Assembly: GCA_000934665.2 (NCBI GenBank)
Contig: JYFJ02004138.1
Span: 1-34,526, forward strand
Direction of reading: 5' to 3'
Length of the DNA: 34,526 nucleotides
Origin: Catajapyx aquilonaris
Lineage: Eukaryota
Shown here: positions 23,101 through 34,526 of the stretch, one piece after another
Position numbering within the stretch: the first letter of the stretch is position 1
Layout: each line of letters begins with the position of its first letter
Translations under genes and position numbers: made by a program
Notes under the pieces: generated by a model
Database searches by the model: none
The model's input: only the letters and a program-made list of their open reading frames with translations
Told to the model about the DNA's origin: nothing

Positions 23101-24222
23101 CTAAAACGCTATTTCATAAGGCTAATTTAGTATGGCGGATTATTTCCTTTCTGTGCGCACCTCCGGAGTGTGCCCATCCCTGGACAGTGTTCGACCAATC
23201 TCCGGTGACATTGTCGAACGTGACCATTGCAACACGGAAGTCAAACAGTGAGCATGCAGGCACTGTCATCAAGGTCACAGAAGTGTCGGTGACTCTCATT
23301 TCGAAGCTGGTCCACTCGTTCTCTAAATGTTCCTTGCATTCCACCCTGTACCAAGTGGGACAGGAGTCGCTTTCCCACGAGAGTTGCACCAAGTTGGGGC
23401 CGGGATGGTCACTTATCCTGACTCCTTTCACCACATCTGAGTCACAGGGAAAAAACCAATGTTTATGATATCGGTATTTGTGTTCGATTGTAGCAATAAT
23501 CGCTACAAAAGTGCCACTCACTTTACGAGCAAATTATTTTTAGTCAATAGAATTGTTAGTACCTGGGCATGTTGATGCTACTGAATTAGTGGCCATCCTC
23601 TTTCTCGAAGCACTTCTCCATGTTGATCTAATGCTTTGCATATAAACTGTGTTATCCTGAATAAAAACAGACATTTATAATATTAATAAATATGTATTTA
23701 TTAGTAAATTAGTAAACCTGTACATATGCTAGGATCAACATTGACTTGTGGGCATAAACTCGAACAATAATGATTTAAAAAAATATGAATCCGTAAGCGA
23801 TAAGATGCTGCTAGTACTTTTTATCGTCTCTTTTCCGCCTGTCAAGGTCGGAAAGATTATGCTGGTGAGGCACAAACCCATTCACAATAATGAAACCTAT
23901 GCAGCTGAAGATTATTTGCCATTCCCCCTGCACCATCGTTCCTCGTCCAGTTAATATTACATAATGCATATAGGGATAGCAATATCGACATTCACATAGC
24001 GTATCAAAAGATTCGTGACAGGAATATGGATCCCTAAACTTTTTGTCCTTGTGATGTCTCTATTATATGGCCCAAAACCGACGCTCATTTGAAACACCCA
24101 AGATTAATACGACGTACGAAACCAAAATCTACCTCATTGTTGATGTTGTTGGTACCAGATCCTCCGGAGTTGCAATCCGCGATGACCAAAAGCAACACCA
24201 GCAGAGGAGCCAATAGTTTCAT
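17106..24222 (-). CDS. FN3-A: secreted multi-FN3-like protein, 17 coding exons, 16 domains, ~1641 aa without the MITE; exon 8 is interrupted by a MITE in this haplotype
   Basis: GT-AG exons in transcript order: 24222-24133 (signal peptide MKLLAPLLVLLLVIADCNSG), 23656-23563 (linker ...SRKRMATNSVASTCP), 23436-23161, 23073-22723, 22663-22361, 22267-21980, 21424-21101, 21023-20582 (contains MITE), 20525-20256, 20191-19907, 19840-19556, 19490-18882 (two domains), 18819-18538, 18484-18182, 18125-17844, 17758-17456, 17395-17106 (TGA). All internal domain exons are phase 1-1. FN3 hallmarks are present (PxxP start, strand-B Trp, LxPCxxY tyrosine corner). AATAAA copies follow the stop at ~17084-17099. 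Confidence 0.85.
20788..20935. mobile_element. 148-bp near-perfect palindromic MITE (PIF/Harbinger Tourist-like), 3-bp TSD, inserted in coding exon 8 of FN3-A
   Basis: GGGCCAGTTGCACCGACC...GGTCGGTGCAACTGGCCC with 73-bp arms, a 2-nt loop and 2 mismatches. Flanked by TGA at 20785-20787 and 20936-20938. Removing it and one TSD restores ...MYPQCVNHYIVWY, matching the paralog ...HPQCADHYIVWY. Confidence 0.93.
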
Positions 24223-25475
24223 GGCCCCTGTCATCGGTGCCTGTGTGAGTGACCAAATTGCATTGACCTCGGTGTGTTTGTCAGACATGTCCAAACCTAA
24301 GTACTTGATTCTAAACATAATCTCAAATCTGGCTAAATCCTTCTCGATAACGCCCAACTGTACCATTGGACAATGCTTATAAGGAAACAGATGTTTTGTC
24401 TTCATTCATCATTGTGGCAGTTTGATACATGAACTGAATCTCTGGTGGTGTCGATTCACTTCATTACTTGCTTTTACCACATTCTGATTTAAGCATGGAT
24501 TGAGCAGTAATTTTGTTTCGTCATAGGTTACAACAAATAACCTAAATTATTCGAGAGCAACTTGGTTACACTTTTTCACCACCATATATGAACAGTTTTT
24601 AAAATTAGAAAACAAAAGGAAGCGACTTCGAATTTTGATTTCAAGGACATGTTTACCTTGAACTGATGTTAACTAATCTCTATATAATGACAGCAACATT
24701 TTCCTGCAATAAGAAGGTCAGAGATGCGCTCTACTTCGCCCGTCTAGCCGTTGTAATGAATAGACCCATTTACATTGCTGAAACATGGGCGAAATGCTCT
24801 CTGGCCATAAATAAGCTTGCTTTGTCCGATCAATTGATTCAGTATTGTTAAAGTCGTTAAAGTGTTGGACGTGCCATGTATTTATTGCCAAAGCAGCTAC
24901 TCAAAAAGTAATATATCAATCGCCTGTGGCCCCGCCAGAATGTATAGTCATTGTTTTGGTTCATAAGAATGACAAATTGGCATGTACAGCTACCGAACCA
25001 TATTACACTAATCCTCCTGATGGTCTGGCTCAGATCCGGTGACCTCAAGGACACTCTGCTGAGACCTGAGAGGACCGCTGACTGGGTTCAAGTTCAAGCT
25101 TGGGTTGGAAGTCACTGATGCTGCCTGTGCAATCCGTCCTCTGACCGTGTGCTTCTTTTGCGATAAAGCATAAAGGACGTCCCATCAGGTTGGTCAGCCT
25201 CCCTTCCTATATACCACGGAGATGACAATCATCTACTTCAACACAGCCATGCGACATGGTAATGGTGATGTCACAATAATAATGGGCAACAATGACACTC
25301 AACAATGAAGCTGTAACAACCAGGGGCTTGTTGTGAAATCACTGCCATTCTTCTCTGGCTGCGTCGGTCGGTGGCATGTCGTCACGCCAGCGAACAGCAC
25401 CGCAGAAGGTCACCGGTTGGCCGGTTTTCCCATCATCATCAGTACCCGCAAGTATTCGAGGGCCCGTAAATCCAG

Positions 25476-25520
25476 TCAGTTCAGTAGTGAGAGGAATGAA
25501 TAAATCTCAGGTGAGGTGAG
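25476..25520 (+). promoter_or_regulatory. Putative initiator and non-coding first exon of the zinc-finger gene
   Basis: Arthropod Inr-like TCAGTT at 25476, a strong donor ctcag|gtgagg at 25520 and an acceptor ttcctctcattccag at ~26031 upstream of the ATG, all in a GC-rich region. Confidence 0.4.
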
Positions 25521-26076
25521 GGTGAGGTGTACTGTACAGTACGGTACGCGGTACATTTACATTACATTACACACTGAATATTATTATTTATGGAAATTCC
25601 TCCGCGGCGCCGGAGGGCATCTGTGTTGTGACTAGTGCGGCCGTCAGATGTCCCCAGCTGTCAGGATGGGTGGCCGGTGGCCTGGATTCCAACCGGTGGC
25701 GCCTCACTTCATGGCGGACGGGCGGGAGGGGAACTGCGTGGTTGGTGGTCTGCAGGGACGGATGGAGGGAGTGGGCCTGGTTGGTTCTTGGTTGTCCATG
25801 GCGCGTCGGTTGAGGCCACGGCCTTGGGCCACGGTTGTTAGAATTTAGAAATATATCCTCACATCCTGAGGCCTGGTTCGGGAGGGTCGAAGCTCGAACT
25901 CGAAGGGACTGTTGCTCGGTCTGGTCGGGGGAAGGAGGGCGAGTCGGAGGTTGGTCTCTGGTTGGGGGAAGGAGGGCGAAGGGAGGGCGAGTCGGACTGT
26001 GGCCTCATCAGTCACTCTTCCTCTCATTCCAGACAGACTTGGAGAAGAGACCCACCCATTCCCCATCCCATCAGCC

Positions 26077-28130
26077 ATGGAGATGCTGAAACTGGGCAGG
26101 TTCCCCTGTACCCAATGCCCCAACAGGGTGTTCAAGAGGAAGATTGACCTGATGGCGCACAGCTTCACTCACTCCAGGTGGGACAGGGTCAAGGTGGAGG
26201 TCCAGGAGGAGCCGGTGGAGCCGGCCACAATCACCTTCAACAGTGAGGAGGCCAAGAGAAGGTGGGAAGCAGGAAGAGGTACTACGGTGAGGGTCAAGGA
26301 GGAGCCAGGGGAGGAGGAGGCGGAGGGCAACAGTGGCCAGGAAACAATAAGTGACCCTGGTGCAGCAGAAGAGGAGGAGGAGGAGGAGGCAGGGGCTGGA
26401 AGCCATGGAGAAGGAGGAAGGCAAGAGCAGGTGAGAGAGCAGATTGGACATGTTCGCATAATGGCATGTCGAAAACTGGGGTGTCAAAAGTGATCAAAAA
26501 AAACCAACAGTTTTAACCAACATAAAGGATCTCCTCAAGGGTGGACTTGCTTCATGACTGTAAAATAATAATGATCCTGGTAGTGCTTTCACCCATCTTG
26601 AGGTATATTGCATGGACCGTTATTATTATGCAGTGTACACTGTACAAACTGAACCTTTCTGCAAAGCACCCTGGTCCGAGGGCAGGGTGACTGGGAGGGG
26701 ATACTCAAGGGGCAGTGAAATGTCGTCACAATGGTCATTTTCTGAACTCCCCGTGTGGCTAGTTAGGGGAAATCCCACCCGAGAGGAAGCCAGAGACTCT
26801 GTGTAATTTTATCATGCACATTTCTGGCTTGCCTTCGATACATTTGCGAAGTAATTCGGATTATAAATGGCCGAGATAACTGAGGTGTGCAATTAACTTA
26901 ATTATGATTACACAAATGGCGATTTCTAAGTTTCAAATATATCATTAGATAGAAAAAGATTTGCACTATCTAGGGTTCACAGGGGGAATTTTTGGGCCTA
27001 CGAGACGTGTCATAAAAAATTCACTTTTCGGCGTAACTTTGGCAACTAGTCAAAAAAACTGATGGTGGTATACTATACCCCCCTATAGCTCCCTTAAAGG
27101 GACATCACGGGGGAAATTAAATTAAATAAATAAATAAAAAGTAAATAAATAATGTTATTTTTTGGACGCTTTTCCTAGCTGGGCGTTATTTAGAGTCAAA
27201 CACAGGGGCCAGTATTTAAAAATCCGATAGTAGTCCTGTTCCTCTTTCTGTCGCGAATATGACACGAATGACACGTACTCGTATGTATGGGGAGGCCATT
27301 TTGAATTATGACGTCTTATGGGGACAAATTACGTGACAGGCGCGGTTCTGTCACACGGGGCATGGCCTCCATCCGTCTTAGCGGTGGTCGAATGACGCGG
27401 AAAAGACACAAAAACCAAAAGAATCCGTCAGTTGACGCACTTTCAATTAGCACACCCCTAATCTTCATTGACACTCGACCTCCTCAGCGATGGAATATAT
27501 TTTGTGCGCAGGTGTGTTGTGGACGAAAACCTTTCTTTGAGTCCAGCAAGGAACATTTCCCCAAAATGACTTGTTCTCAGTAACATCATTATTTTCCCTG
27601 CGTATCCCTTGCTACTGATGTGTAAGCAGGCAGAAACCTTCGCTGGGTCGTCCGTGTCATTCACTCGATTTGTAAACAGTGGCAACAATGGAGGCACTCT
27701 CCATGTGCTGATGTTTGAATTGGCCTGCCGGACAGGGTTGCCAGGTAACGGGCTACAATATAAGCAGCTTAGGCCGAATTTATCAATAACTAAAACGACA
27801 AAAAAGTTTGATAACCCTGTATTAGATATTCGATTCTGAAAGTGGCTCGGTTTGAAAGTTGCAATTTGCCCCCTTGGACATATCCCCTCACCTCTTGTGA
27901 CCTTGAGGACCGCGGAGTGAAATATTTGGGAAATCTAGAGTTTAGGGATAGGTCTATCTCCCTGCAAATTATTTTGGAAATCTAAAATTCATGAGCATAC
28001 CTCGTGATGATTTCACGTGGAATGGCCCCCATACTATATTCAAACGTTATCATATTACTTGCCATATTATAACGGACTAACCTTACTGTGGATTGGGCAG
28101 AATCAATTAGGCAGCTCCTAGTAAAAGATA

Positions 28131-28195
<65 letters not shown>

Positions 28196-29953
28196 TCCTT
28201 GAGATCTCTCAAAAAATGTACCGGTTAATATAGAGCGATAATACTTGTGTCTTTTGCCCCCTTTTTTTCCAACTGCAATAGTACGTTGACATGTAAATGT
28301 CATTCATTCCCAATTAACTCTACATTCCTTACCCCACACTCCGCACATGTGATTCACACTATCATTCCGTGATTGATAACATACTGAAGTAATTCCTCCA
28401 GCACTGTTGCCATAGGGAAAAATTGCTGACATCCTGAACACTCCCACACACGAAAGCTCACGAGAAGGTTCCCGCAGAGCACGCCGCAGAGTAACCATCG
28501 TGGCACTGTGACGTCAGGGTACTTGCCTTTAGGCTCGTATGGCATGGCCACTAGCCAGCAACTATATAAGCTATTATGGTATTTGGCGACTCAGTAGCAG
28601 CTGATGTTATCCTCTATTTCATGATAGAGTGTTGGCCGTCAATCACATGCGATTTGCAATACTTCCCGTAAGAAGGTACAGTTGTACATTGGTACAGTAC
28701 GAGGAAGCGAGACATGCCCGAGGCAGTAATTGATGTAACATTGTCGACACGGGTGTCGAAAGGGTAGGTATTTTTATGATGTGCATCATGCAATTAAAAT
28801 AGAGATCAAGTTTTCTCTCGGTTTTTTGCAGAAGTCAATAAGTTAGTTGGCAGGGGAGTGAAAAAGAAAGGGATGAAAACCAAAGTAATGGGAAAAAACT
28901 CGGGAAAACAAAGAAACTGGACAGGGTTCGAACCCACGACCCTATGATTTATAGGCCCTAACCCTAACAACAATGCTACAACTCCGTTCATGGCAGGACT
29001 CGTTCCGAACCGGTCTCTTACAATTATCACCATGAGCAAGCGTGTTAATATTTCAATCCATGTACTAACCCAACCTAACCCAGCCTAACCTTCCTTCCTT
29101 GCGGATACAACTCTATCATCAGCGGATACTGGCCTATCTTCAGCGTATACAGCCCTATCTTCAGCGTATACAGCCCTATCTTCAGTGTAGGCCCTATACA
29201 GGCCTGGGAGTGTAGGTAAAAGTACGCGTCGGAGGAATGACTAATGCATGACCAAAAAGGCCTTCTGTCATTTATGCTGGCCAACCCTGTGATAGCTGTT
29301 GCTGAGTTGCAGCGATTTACCAGTAACAGCTCATTAAAAACCGCAGCTACTGCAAGGAACCGGTGGGACTGGGGGAGCGGGCGGGTGGATTCTGTCACGC
29401 TGGTTACTCTGCTGTTACCCGCTCTACGAAAGCTCTGAGCTCTCCATTTGCAAATGACACGTGGAATTATATCGAGGTACTTTGAAGGTGATATTGAGTA
29501 TCAACATGTGCAACTATTGGTATAATTTTAAAAATATGTCATGGCCCCTGTTACACGAAATCTGTGAGGTACATAATAGTCTTGTCTTAATAGTTTCCTT
29601 TGTTAAAATTTTATTTCGGACACTCAGAAAGGCCAGCATTAATTTTCTACCATATTAACAACCAGCCTAGTAATTATTACCAGAAGCTATACTCCGCGCC
29701 CACCTAAACTCCCTATTTACCTAGGCAAGAGTTAATGATGGTTACGCAAACCAAGTGGTACTTTCTACACTGGTTGCTCATTAATTGTTAATTATATTAT
29801 GTCAAGTCAATTTACATGTTCTCATTGCAGGCATTGGAACCCTTCATCCTGCTGTATCAGCTTCTGTACTGTGATGATTGCAACGGTGCATTTGCCACAA
29901 AGAGAGACCTGGAGAGGCACATGCTGAAGAAGCACATCACTCCTCAGCTTCAG
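26077..29953 (+). CDS. C2H2 zinc-finger protein, partial (two coding exons seen; no stop found, likely continues downstream)
   Basis: Exon 26077-26430 (gccATGG; FPCTQCPNRVFKRKIDLMAHSFTH finger, VKEEP motif and acidic run; donor CAG|gtgaga) joins in phase 0 to exon 29831-29953 (ttgcag|ALEPFILLYQLLYCDDCNGAFATKRDLERHMLKKHITPQLQ|gtaata), which holds a second C2H2 finger. The second exon is absent from the ORF track. Confidence 0.75.
28135..28194. repeat. (TAA)n microsatellite
   Basis: About 20 TAA units. Confidence 0.95.
28915..28982 (-). repeat. Degenerate tRNA-like / SINE head fragment
   Basis: Minus strand carries a B box (GGTTCGAACCC) and a degenerate A box; no convincing cloverleaf. Confidence 0.4.
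29112..29200. repeat. 21-bp minisatellite (~4 copies), preceded by AACCT-like repeats
   Basis: Unit CAGCGTATACAGCCCTATCTT and variants. Confidence 0.8.
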
Positions 29954-30260
29954 GTAATATATGAAGGGGTCGGTGCAATACTGCCCTAACCCTCCCAAAC
30001 CTGATTTCGAGAAAAACGCATTTGAAAGTTTGAGATGACCCATAAATCACATTTTCCATGGGACAATTTTCATTTCTACCCCAATATACAAGGCACTAAT
30101 AAGGAACATTTACGTGCTATTATGATGATGATGATGCACCACCCACTCTAAGAATGAACAAAATAAGGTGGCCGCGTGTGAAAAAATGGCTTAGGGCAGT
30201 ATTGCAACCAACTTGTAATGCGAACTAAATTGGTCAAGAACGTATCACAAGTTGGTTTAA

Positions 30261-30982
30261 TGTTCATATAAATGATATCAAATGAACTGTCGTGAGATGA
30301 GGAACATTTTGGTGGCAACTGGTTTAACCTAGATTGTAAAATAAAAATGTTTAAAAAAATCGCATTATTGAGCAAAACGGACACATTTCATATTGTCCAA
30401 TGTCATGGTTAAACACATGCTAAGGGTGTGGAATTAATATGGTAGGTATACATTGTCATCTGATCATTACTATACTGTCGAAGGACAACATCACAGGTCA
30501 AGCAGTCTTGGAAATAAAACTTCTGAAATGTCTGTTTTCCACTAATTTGGTCATCTTTGGGGTCATTTTTCTCAGTGTGGGGCTGGGTCAATTATTAAGT
30601 TATCGCAGAAATGTCTTTTCATGCATAACATAGCGGTATAAGAACTGTTCACTTACCATGAATGGTTCACTCGCAACATCAAATAACGTGAGTAGCCTAT
30701 AGAGGGCTTTTTCCGACATTTCAGATTTATTATCTCCAAGTCTGCTTGACCTTGATGTTGTCCTGCAGTAGCAATGACTACTGATGATCAGATGACAATG
30801 TACCTACCATATTAATTCCTCACGCTTAGCATGTATTTAACAATGACATTCGACCATATGAAATGTGTCTGTTTTGCACAATAATGCGATTTTTTTAGCA
30901 TTTTTATTTTACAATCTAGGTTAAACATGTTGCCACAAAATGTTCCTCATCTCACAACAGTTCATTTGATATAATATGAACA
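30261..30982. repeat. Long foldback inverted repeat (arms ~270 bp, spacer ~180 bp)
   Basis: 30261-30531 is the reverse complement of 30715-30982, for example AATTAATATGGTAGGTA/TACCTACCATATTAATT and TTTAACCTAGATTGTAAAATAAAAATG/CATTTTTATTTTACAATCTAGGTTAAA. Confidence 0.88.
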
Positions 30983-31190
30983 TGAGGGTACAACAATAAT
31001 TTCACCTGAAATAAATGGACCTTCGAATCCGGCTCCATTGTTGCTGAAAGACGTTGCCATATCTCCATGGGATTTTCACCTGGGAGGCTCTTAACTTTAT
31101 TTTTGGCAACACTTCAATGATTTTTATATCAAATTATGAGATGGTCGAGCCATCAAGTTGTCTGTCTTGACATGGAATGACCCAACTACG

Positions 31191-31268
<78 letters not shown>
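31191..31268. repeat. (ATT)n microsatellite
   Basis: About 26 ATT units. Confidence 0.95.
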
Positions 31269-31849
31269 TTGCTGCAATGGACTACTACTTTGCACATCAT
31301 CATTATCAGGATCGAACTCTGAATCTTAGGTACTCTCATCCACATCGGTGTCATCAGGCAAAAGCTCACTATTTAAGCCCAACTCGTGAGACACAGCTGC
31401 TCGCAGCTGCATCCTGCGCACTGAATTATTTGAAGACGGAGGGTTAGGGCGGTTTTGCTGCAGAAAAGGCATTCATAACCTTGCAGCAATAAAAACATTG
31501 TTTGATTTCTCACCGACAAATGGCAGAAACTGGACAATCTCAGTGTACTTTATTAGATATTTGAGTGTAGTATATGGAAGTGCGCGAAACTCTATTTGTG
31601 TCATTTGGTGGGTTAGGGCAGTATTGCACCGACCCCTTCAATTGAATATAATTATGCCGGTGTGTGTACATTGTTGAGATTGGCATGCTTATATCTCGGT
31701 GAAATATAACTCCATGAGCGTACAATTTTGGATTTGGAATTAAATTCTGTATGGCTACACATGTATTTATTTTTTTACAAATCGAAAGGGGTCGAGCCAC
31801 AAATTTTCTGAAAATTTACTGAATTGACATGGAATGATAGTCCGGGTGC

Positions 31850-33030
31850 TAAGGGGTTGAACTTTGCATTTTGTGACAAAGTATGAAACTCGGTACACTT
31901 GTCCTTTGGACACTTCTGATCATATCTGGACGTGGAGCCACGATGACCCACCCCGGTGGTGGTCCATTTCGCAGGGTTTCCATAACTACCGGATGCAGCA
32001 TCCTTTTAGGATCTTGTATTGGGTGACAAAAATATGAAACTCGCCAAAATTGGTCTTTGGACACTTCTGAACATGTCTGGATGTGGGGCCATGATGACTG
32101 ACCCCGCTGTGGGTCACTTGCAGGGTTACCAGATCTAACGGACCAAACATACATCTCTGCGAGGATCATGTGAATTGGGAGCTTGCATTCGGTGATAAAA
32201 ACGTGCAACGCGGTACGGTAGTTCTTCAAACACATCTGGACGTGGGGTCACGGTGGGTGACCCCTGGTGGCCTCGCCAGGGGTCACTATCGCGGAGTTGC
32301 CAAATCGAACATGTGTTGCACACCTTTACATGAATAAGGGCCTTGCATTCGGTGATAAAACACTGCTAAAACATGAAACTCGCCCCAATTGGTCTTCGGA
32401 CACTACTGAACATGTCTGTAAGTGAGGCCACTATGGATGACCCCGCTGGGGGTCACTCGCACGGTTGCCAGATCTAATGGGCTCTCTAAGTAAACTATGT
32501 GAATAGGGAGCTTGCATTCGGTGACAAAGACGTGAAACTCGGTACAATATAGTTTTTTGCACACTTCCGAACATATCTGGACCTGGGGACACGATGACCC
32601 ACCCCGGTGGAGGGCACTATCATGGTGTTGCCAAATCTAACAGACTGTGCAACATGCGTTTCTATTTTGATAGGGAGCTTGCAATTGGTGACAAAGACGT
32701 GAAACTTGGTAGAATTGTTCTTTGGACACGTCCGAACATATCTGGACTTGGAGCCACGATGACCCACCCCGAGGGAGGGCACTATCGCAGGGTTGCCATA
32801 TCTAACAGAATGTGCAACACGTGTTTATTTTTGAATAATGAGCTTGCATTCGGCGACAATGCCATGAAACTTGGTACGTTAGTTCTTTGCACACTTCCGA
32901 GCATATCTGGACGTGGGGCCACGATGACCCACCCCGAGGGAGGGCACTATCGCGGCGTTGCCGTATAGGCCTCGTGCATATTCGAATTTTCTGACACGCA
33001 GCGCCCCTACCGGCCGGGCGCTGCATCTAA
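31850..33030. repeat. Tandem array of ~7 x ~165-bp units ending in a GC hairpin; probable non-autonomous Helitron/Helentron-type element
   Basis: The anchor GAGCTTGCATTCGGTGACAAA recurs near 31859, 32010, 32179, 32338, 32508, 32674 and 32840. Terminal hairpin GCAGCGCCC...GGGCGCTGC at 32998-33025. Confidence 0.8.
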
Positions 33031-33578
33031 CAGTGGGGGCTGGGGGCCTGGGGCCGCTGCACAGTGATCTATATCCGGAAAACCCTGGTCACAATTATAG
33101 TTATCATCCTAGAAGGATAAAAATAAGTGTTTAGGGGTTTTCCTAGTCGGCGAGTACGAATTTGAAGTCAGAATTGTCAAATTATTGACTGATGTTCACG
33201 TACAGGGATTGGACAAAATAATAGGGGGGAAATAGGGGTTGAGTCTTTGCGTCTATTTTCTTGGGAAAATGTAAAAAGATAAAAAGAAATAAAAAGATGC
33301 CTTTTGCTCACTTTTTAAGCTCAGTCGATGTAAATTTGTGTAGGTAGGTTGATGACGCAAAAATCACGAGACGGGGAGAAAAACAAAAGATGAACGATAC
33401 ACCCCAGACCCCATTTTTGACCAGAGTGTCCCACCCCTTTTCATTTGAAAACGAAAACATTACAGATTTGAACTTGACTTGGTTTTAAAGGTCCATCGAT
33501 GTCTCCTATTTTGGTATACAGATGGATAAATAATAATCACATGATTGGGGCGGAGAAAAAAATGAAACAACACCCCCA

Positions 33579-33865
33579 GTGAAAGGCCCCAGGCTCGATC
33601 CCCGCCTGCGGAACTTTCCTTTCACCTGCGTCAGGAGGGTCTCTGACCTGCACCAAGGAGGTGTCTGGCAACCTAACCTCCTAACCCCTTTACCGACATT
33701 GCACTTGCACCTATGTTCCCTCCCCAAAAATCCCTATCCTTACCCCCATGTCCTTTCATCCTTGCACCGGAGTTAGAAGAAAAAGCAGAAAATTGAATGA
33801 AAAATGGTGGTATTCCACTCCCCTATAAGGGCCTATGGCCCTATCACGGGGTAACGTTAAAAAAA
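33579..33865 (+). mobile_element. 5'-truncated copy of the SINE at 5567-5909
   Basis: Reverse-complement match over ~285 bp (GAAAGGCCCCAGG.TCGATCCCCGC...TTTCACCTGCGTCAGGAGGGTCTCTGACCTGCACC...), ending in an A tail. The A-box region is missing. Confidence 0.88.
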
Positions 33866-34526
33866 GTACAGGAAATTATTATAACGACAGCCCAAAAATA
33901 AACTATAGTAGATGATTAGTTCCTCAAGACTTGCCTTTCACTCGCACGCACACCAAAATATATTCCCTTCTCTCTCTAGGAAACATAGGAAGTAATGTAC
34001 GATATCAACAGGTATCAATGTGTCACTGGTCAGTTTGGCCACACTTCGAATTTCTCCCCCCTTCCCGTCACTGGACTCCAGCCAGTGCACTATTTGTTTC
34101 AGGCATTAGCTCGAGCGCGAGGGTGGAAATACCGCCACAGCGAAAATTACGAATTACGATAAAATTAGCGGATTTTAGCAGCTGGACTTTGTTGACCCTT
34201 CACCTACACACTATTTCGCACATTACGCACCAAAAATGAAAATGTCATTTTTTGTCCATTTTTTTGTATGACTCGATTTAATTTTTGAAACGACACATTT
34301 GAACTGCTATACCAAAATTCGATTTAATCATTAAGTTTATAATTTACAAAAATGAAATATGAACAATTTTGCAAGTAAATGTATACTCTACAACACAGTG
34401 TAACCAAAATTACCGTTGACATATGTTTTAGAACATTTAGCAAATGGTTAAAATAGGCCTGCCGTGCATGTCTATTCAGAACAACGATTAACCCCAAATT
34501 TAAATGCCTCCGCGCTGCCTAATAAC

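Larger units (their letters stand above)
29963..31639. mobile_element. TIR DNA element (~1.7 kb, 30-bp perfect TIRs) with nested repeats, in a zinc-finger gene intron
   Basis: GAAGGGGTCGGTGCAATACTGCCCTAACCC at 29963-29992 and its exact reverse complement at 31610-31639. A diverged extra right-end copy lies at ~30188-30217. TSD is not clean. Confidence 0.75.

Noticed and set aside
1..24222. Calling the FN3 exons one giant gene, or naming them Dscam, PTPRQ, tenascin or fibronectin
   Set aside because: Four separate signal-peptide exons and three in-frame terminal stops define separate genes. No Ig, EGF, phosphatase or cytoplasmic domain is seen, so no symbol can be supported.
3264..24382. Many plus-strand and alternate-frame ORFs overlapping the FN3 exons
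   Set aside because: They are antisense or off-frame shadows of the coding exons, with no motifs or splice support.
27094..27890. Possible Kolobok-like element starting TTAAAGGGACATCAC
   Set aside because: Only a loose inverted match near 27855-27890 and no matching TTAA TSD. The region is probably repeat-derived, but its boundaries cannot be supported.
27982..31369. Poly-Leu and poly-Ile ORFs resembling signal or transmembrane peptides
   Set aside because: They are translations of the (TAA)n and (ATT)n microsatellites.
31850..32970. CRISPR-like array or repeat-protein ORFs
   Set aside because: The context is eukaryotic, whole units are homologous with no unique spacers, no cas genes are present and the frames are not maintained.

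Overview
Eukaryotic genomic DNA, probably from an insect or other arthropod (inferred from short GT-AG introns, a TCAGT-type initiator and the repeat types). The left 24.2 kb is a head-to-tail cluster of four paralogous minus-strand genes, here called FN3-A to FN3-D. Each encodes an extracellular protein made only of Cys-containing fibronectin type III-like domains: a signal-peptide exon, a short linker exon, then one domain per phase 1-1 exon. FN3-A (24222-17106, 16 domains) carries a 148-bp palindromic MITE inside exon 8. FN3-B (16603-10298, 15 domains) looks intact and secreted. FN3-C (9631-6462, 6 domains) ends in a GPI-anchor-like tail. FN3-D (4791 to the window start) is truncated and contains a recent tandem exon duplication. 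The cluster shows exon shuffling, a repeated two-domain module, gene-conversion tracts and conserved terminal cysteines. A divergently transcribed C2H2 zinc-finger gene starts near 25.5 kb on the plus strand, and its introns are filled with transposon-derived repeats. All exon boundaries were read by hand; no database search was possible, so family novelty is unverified.
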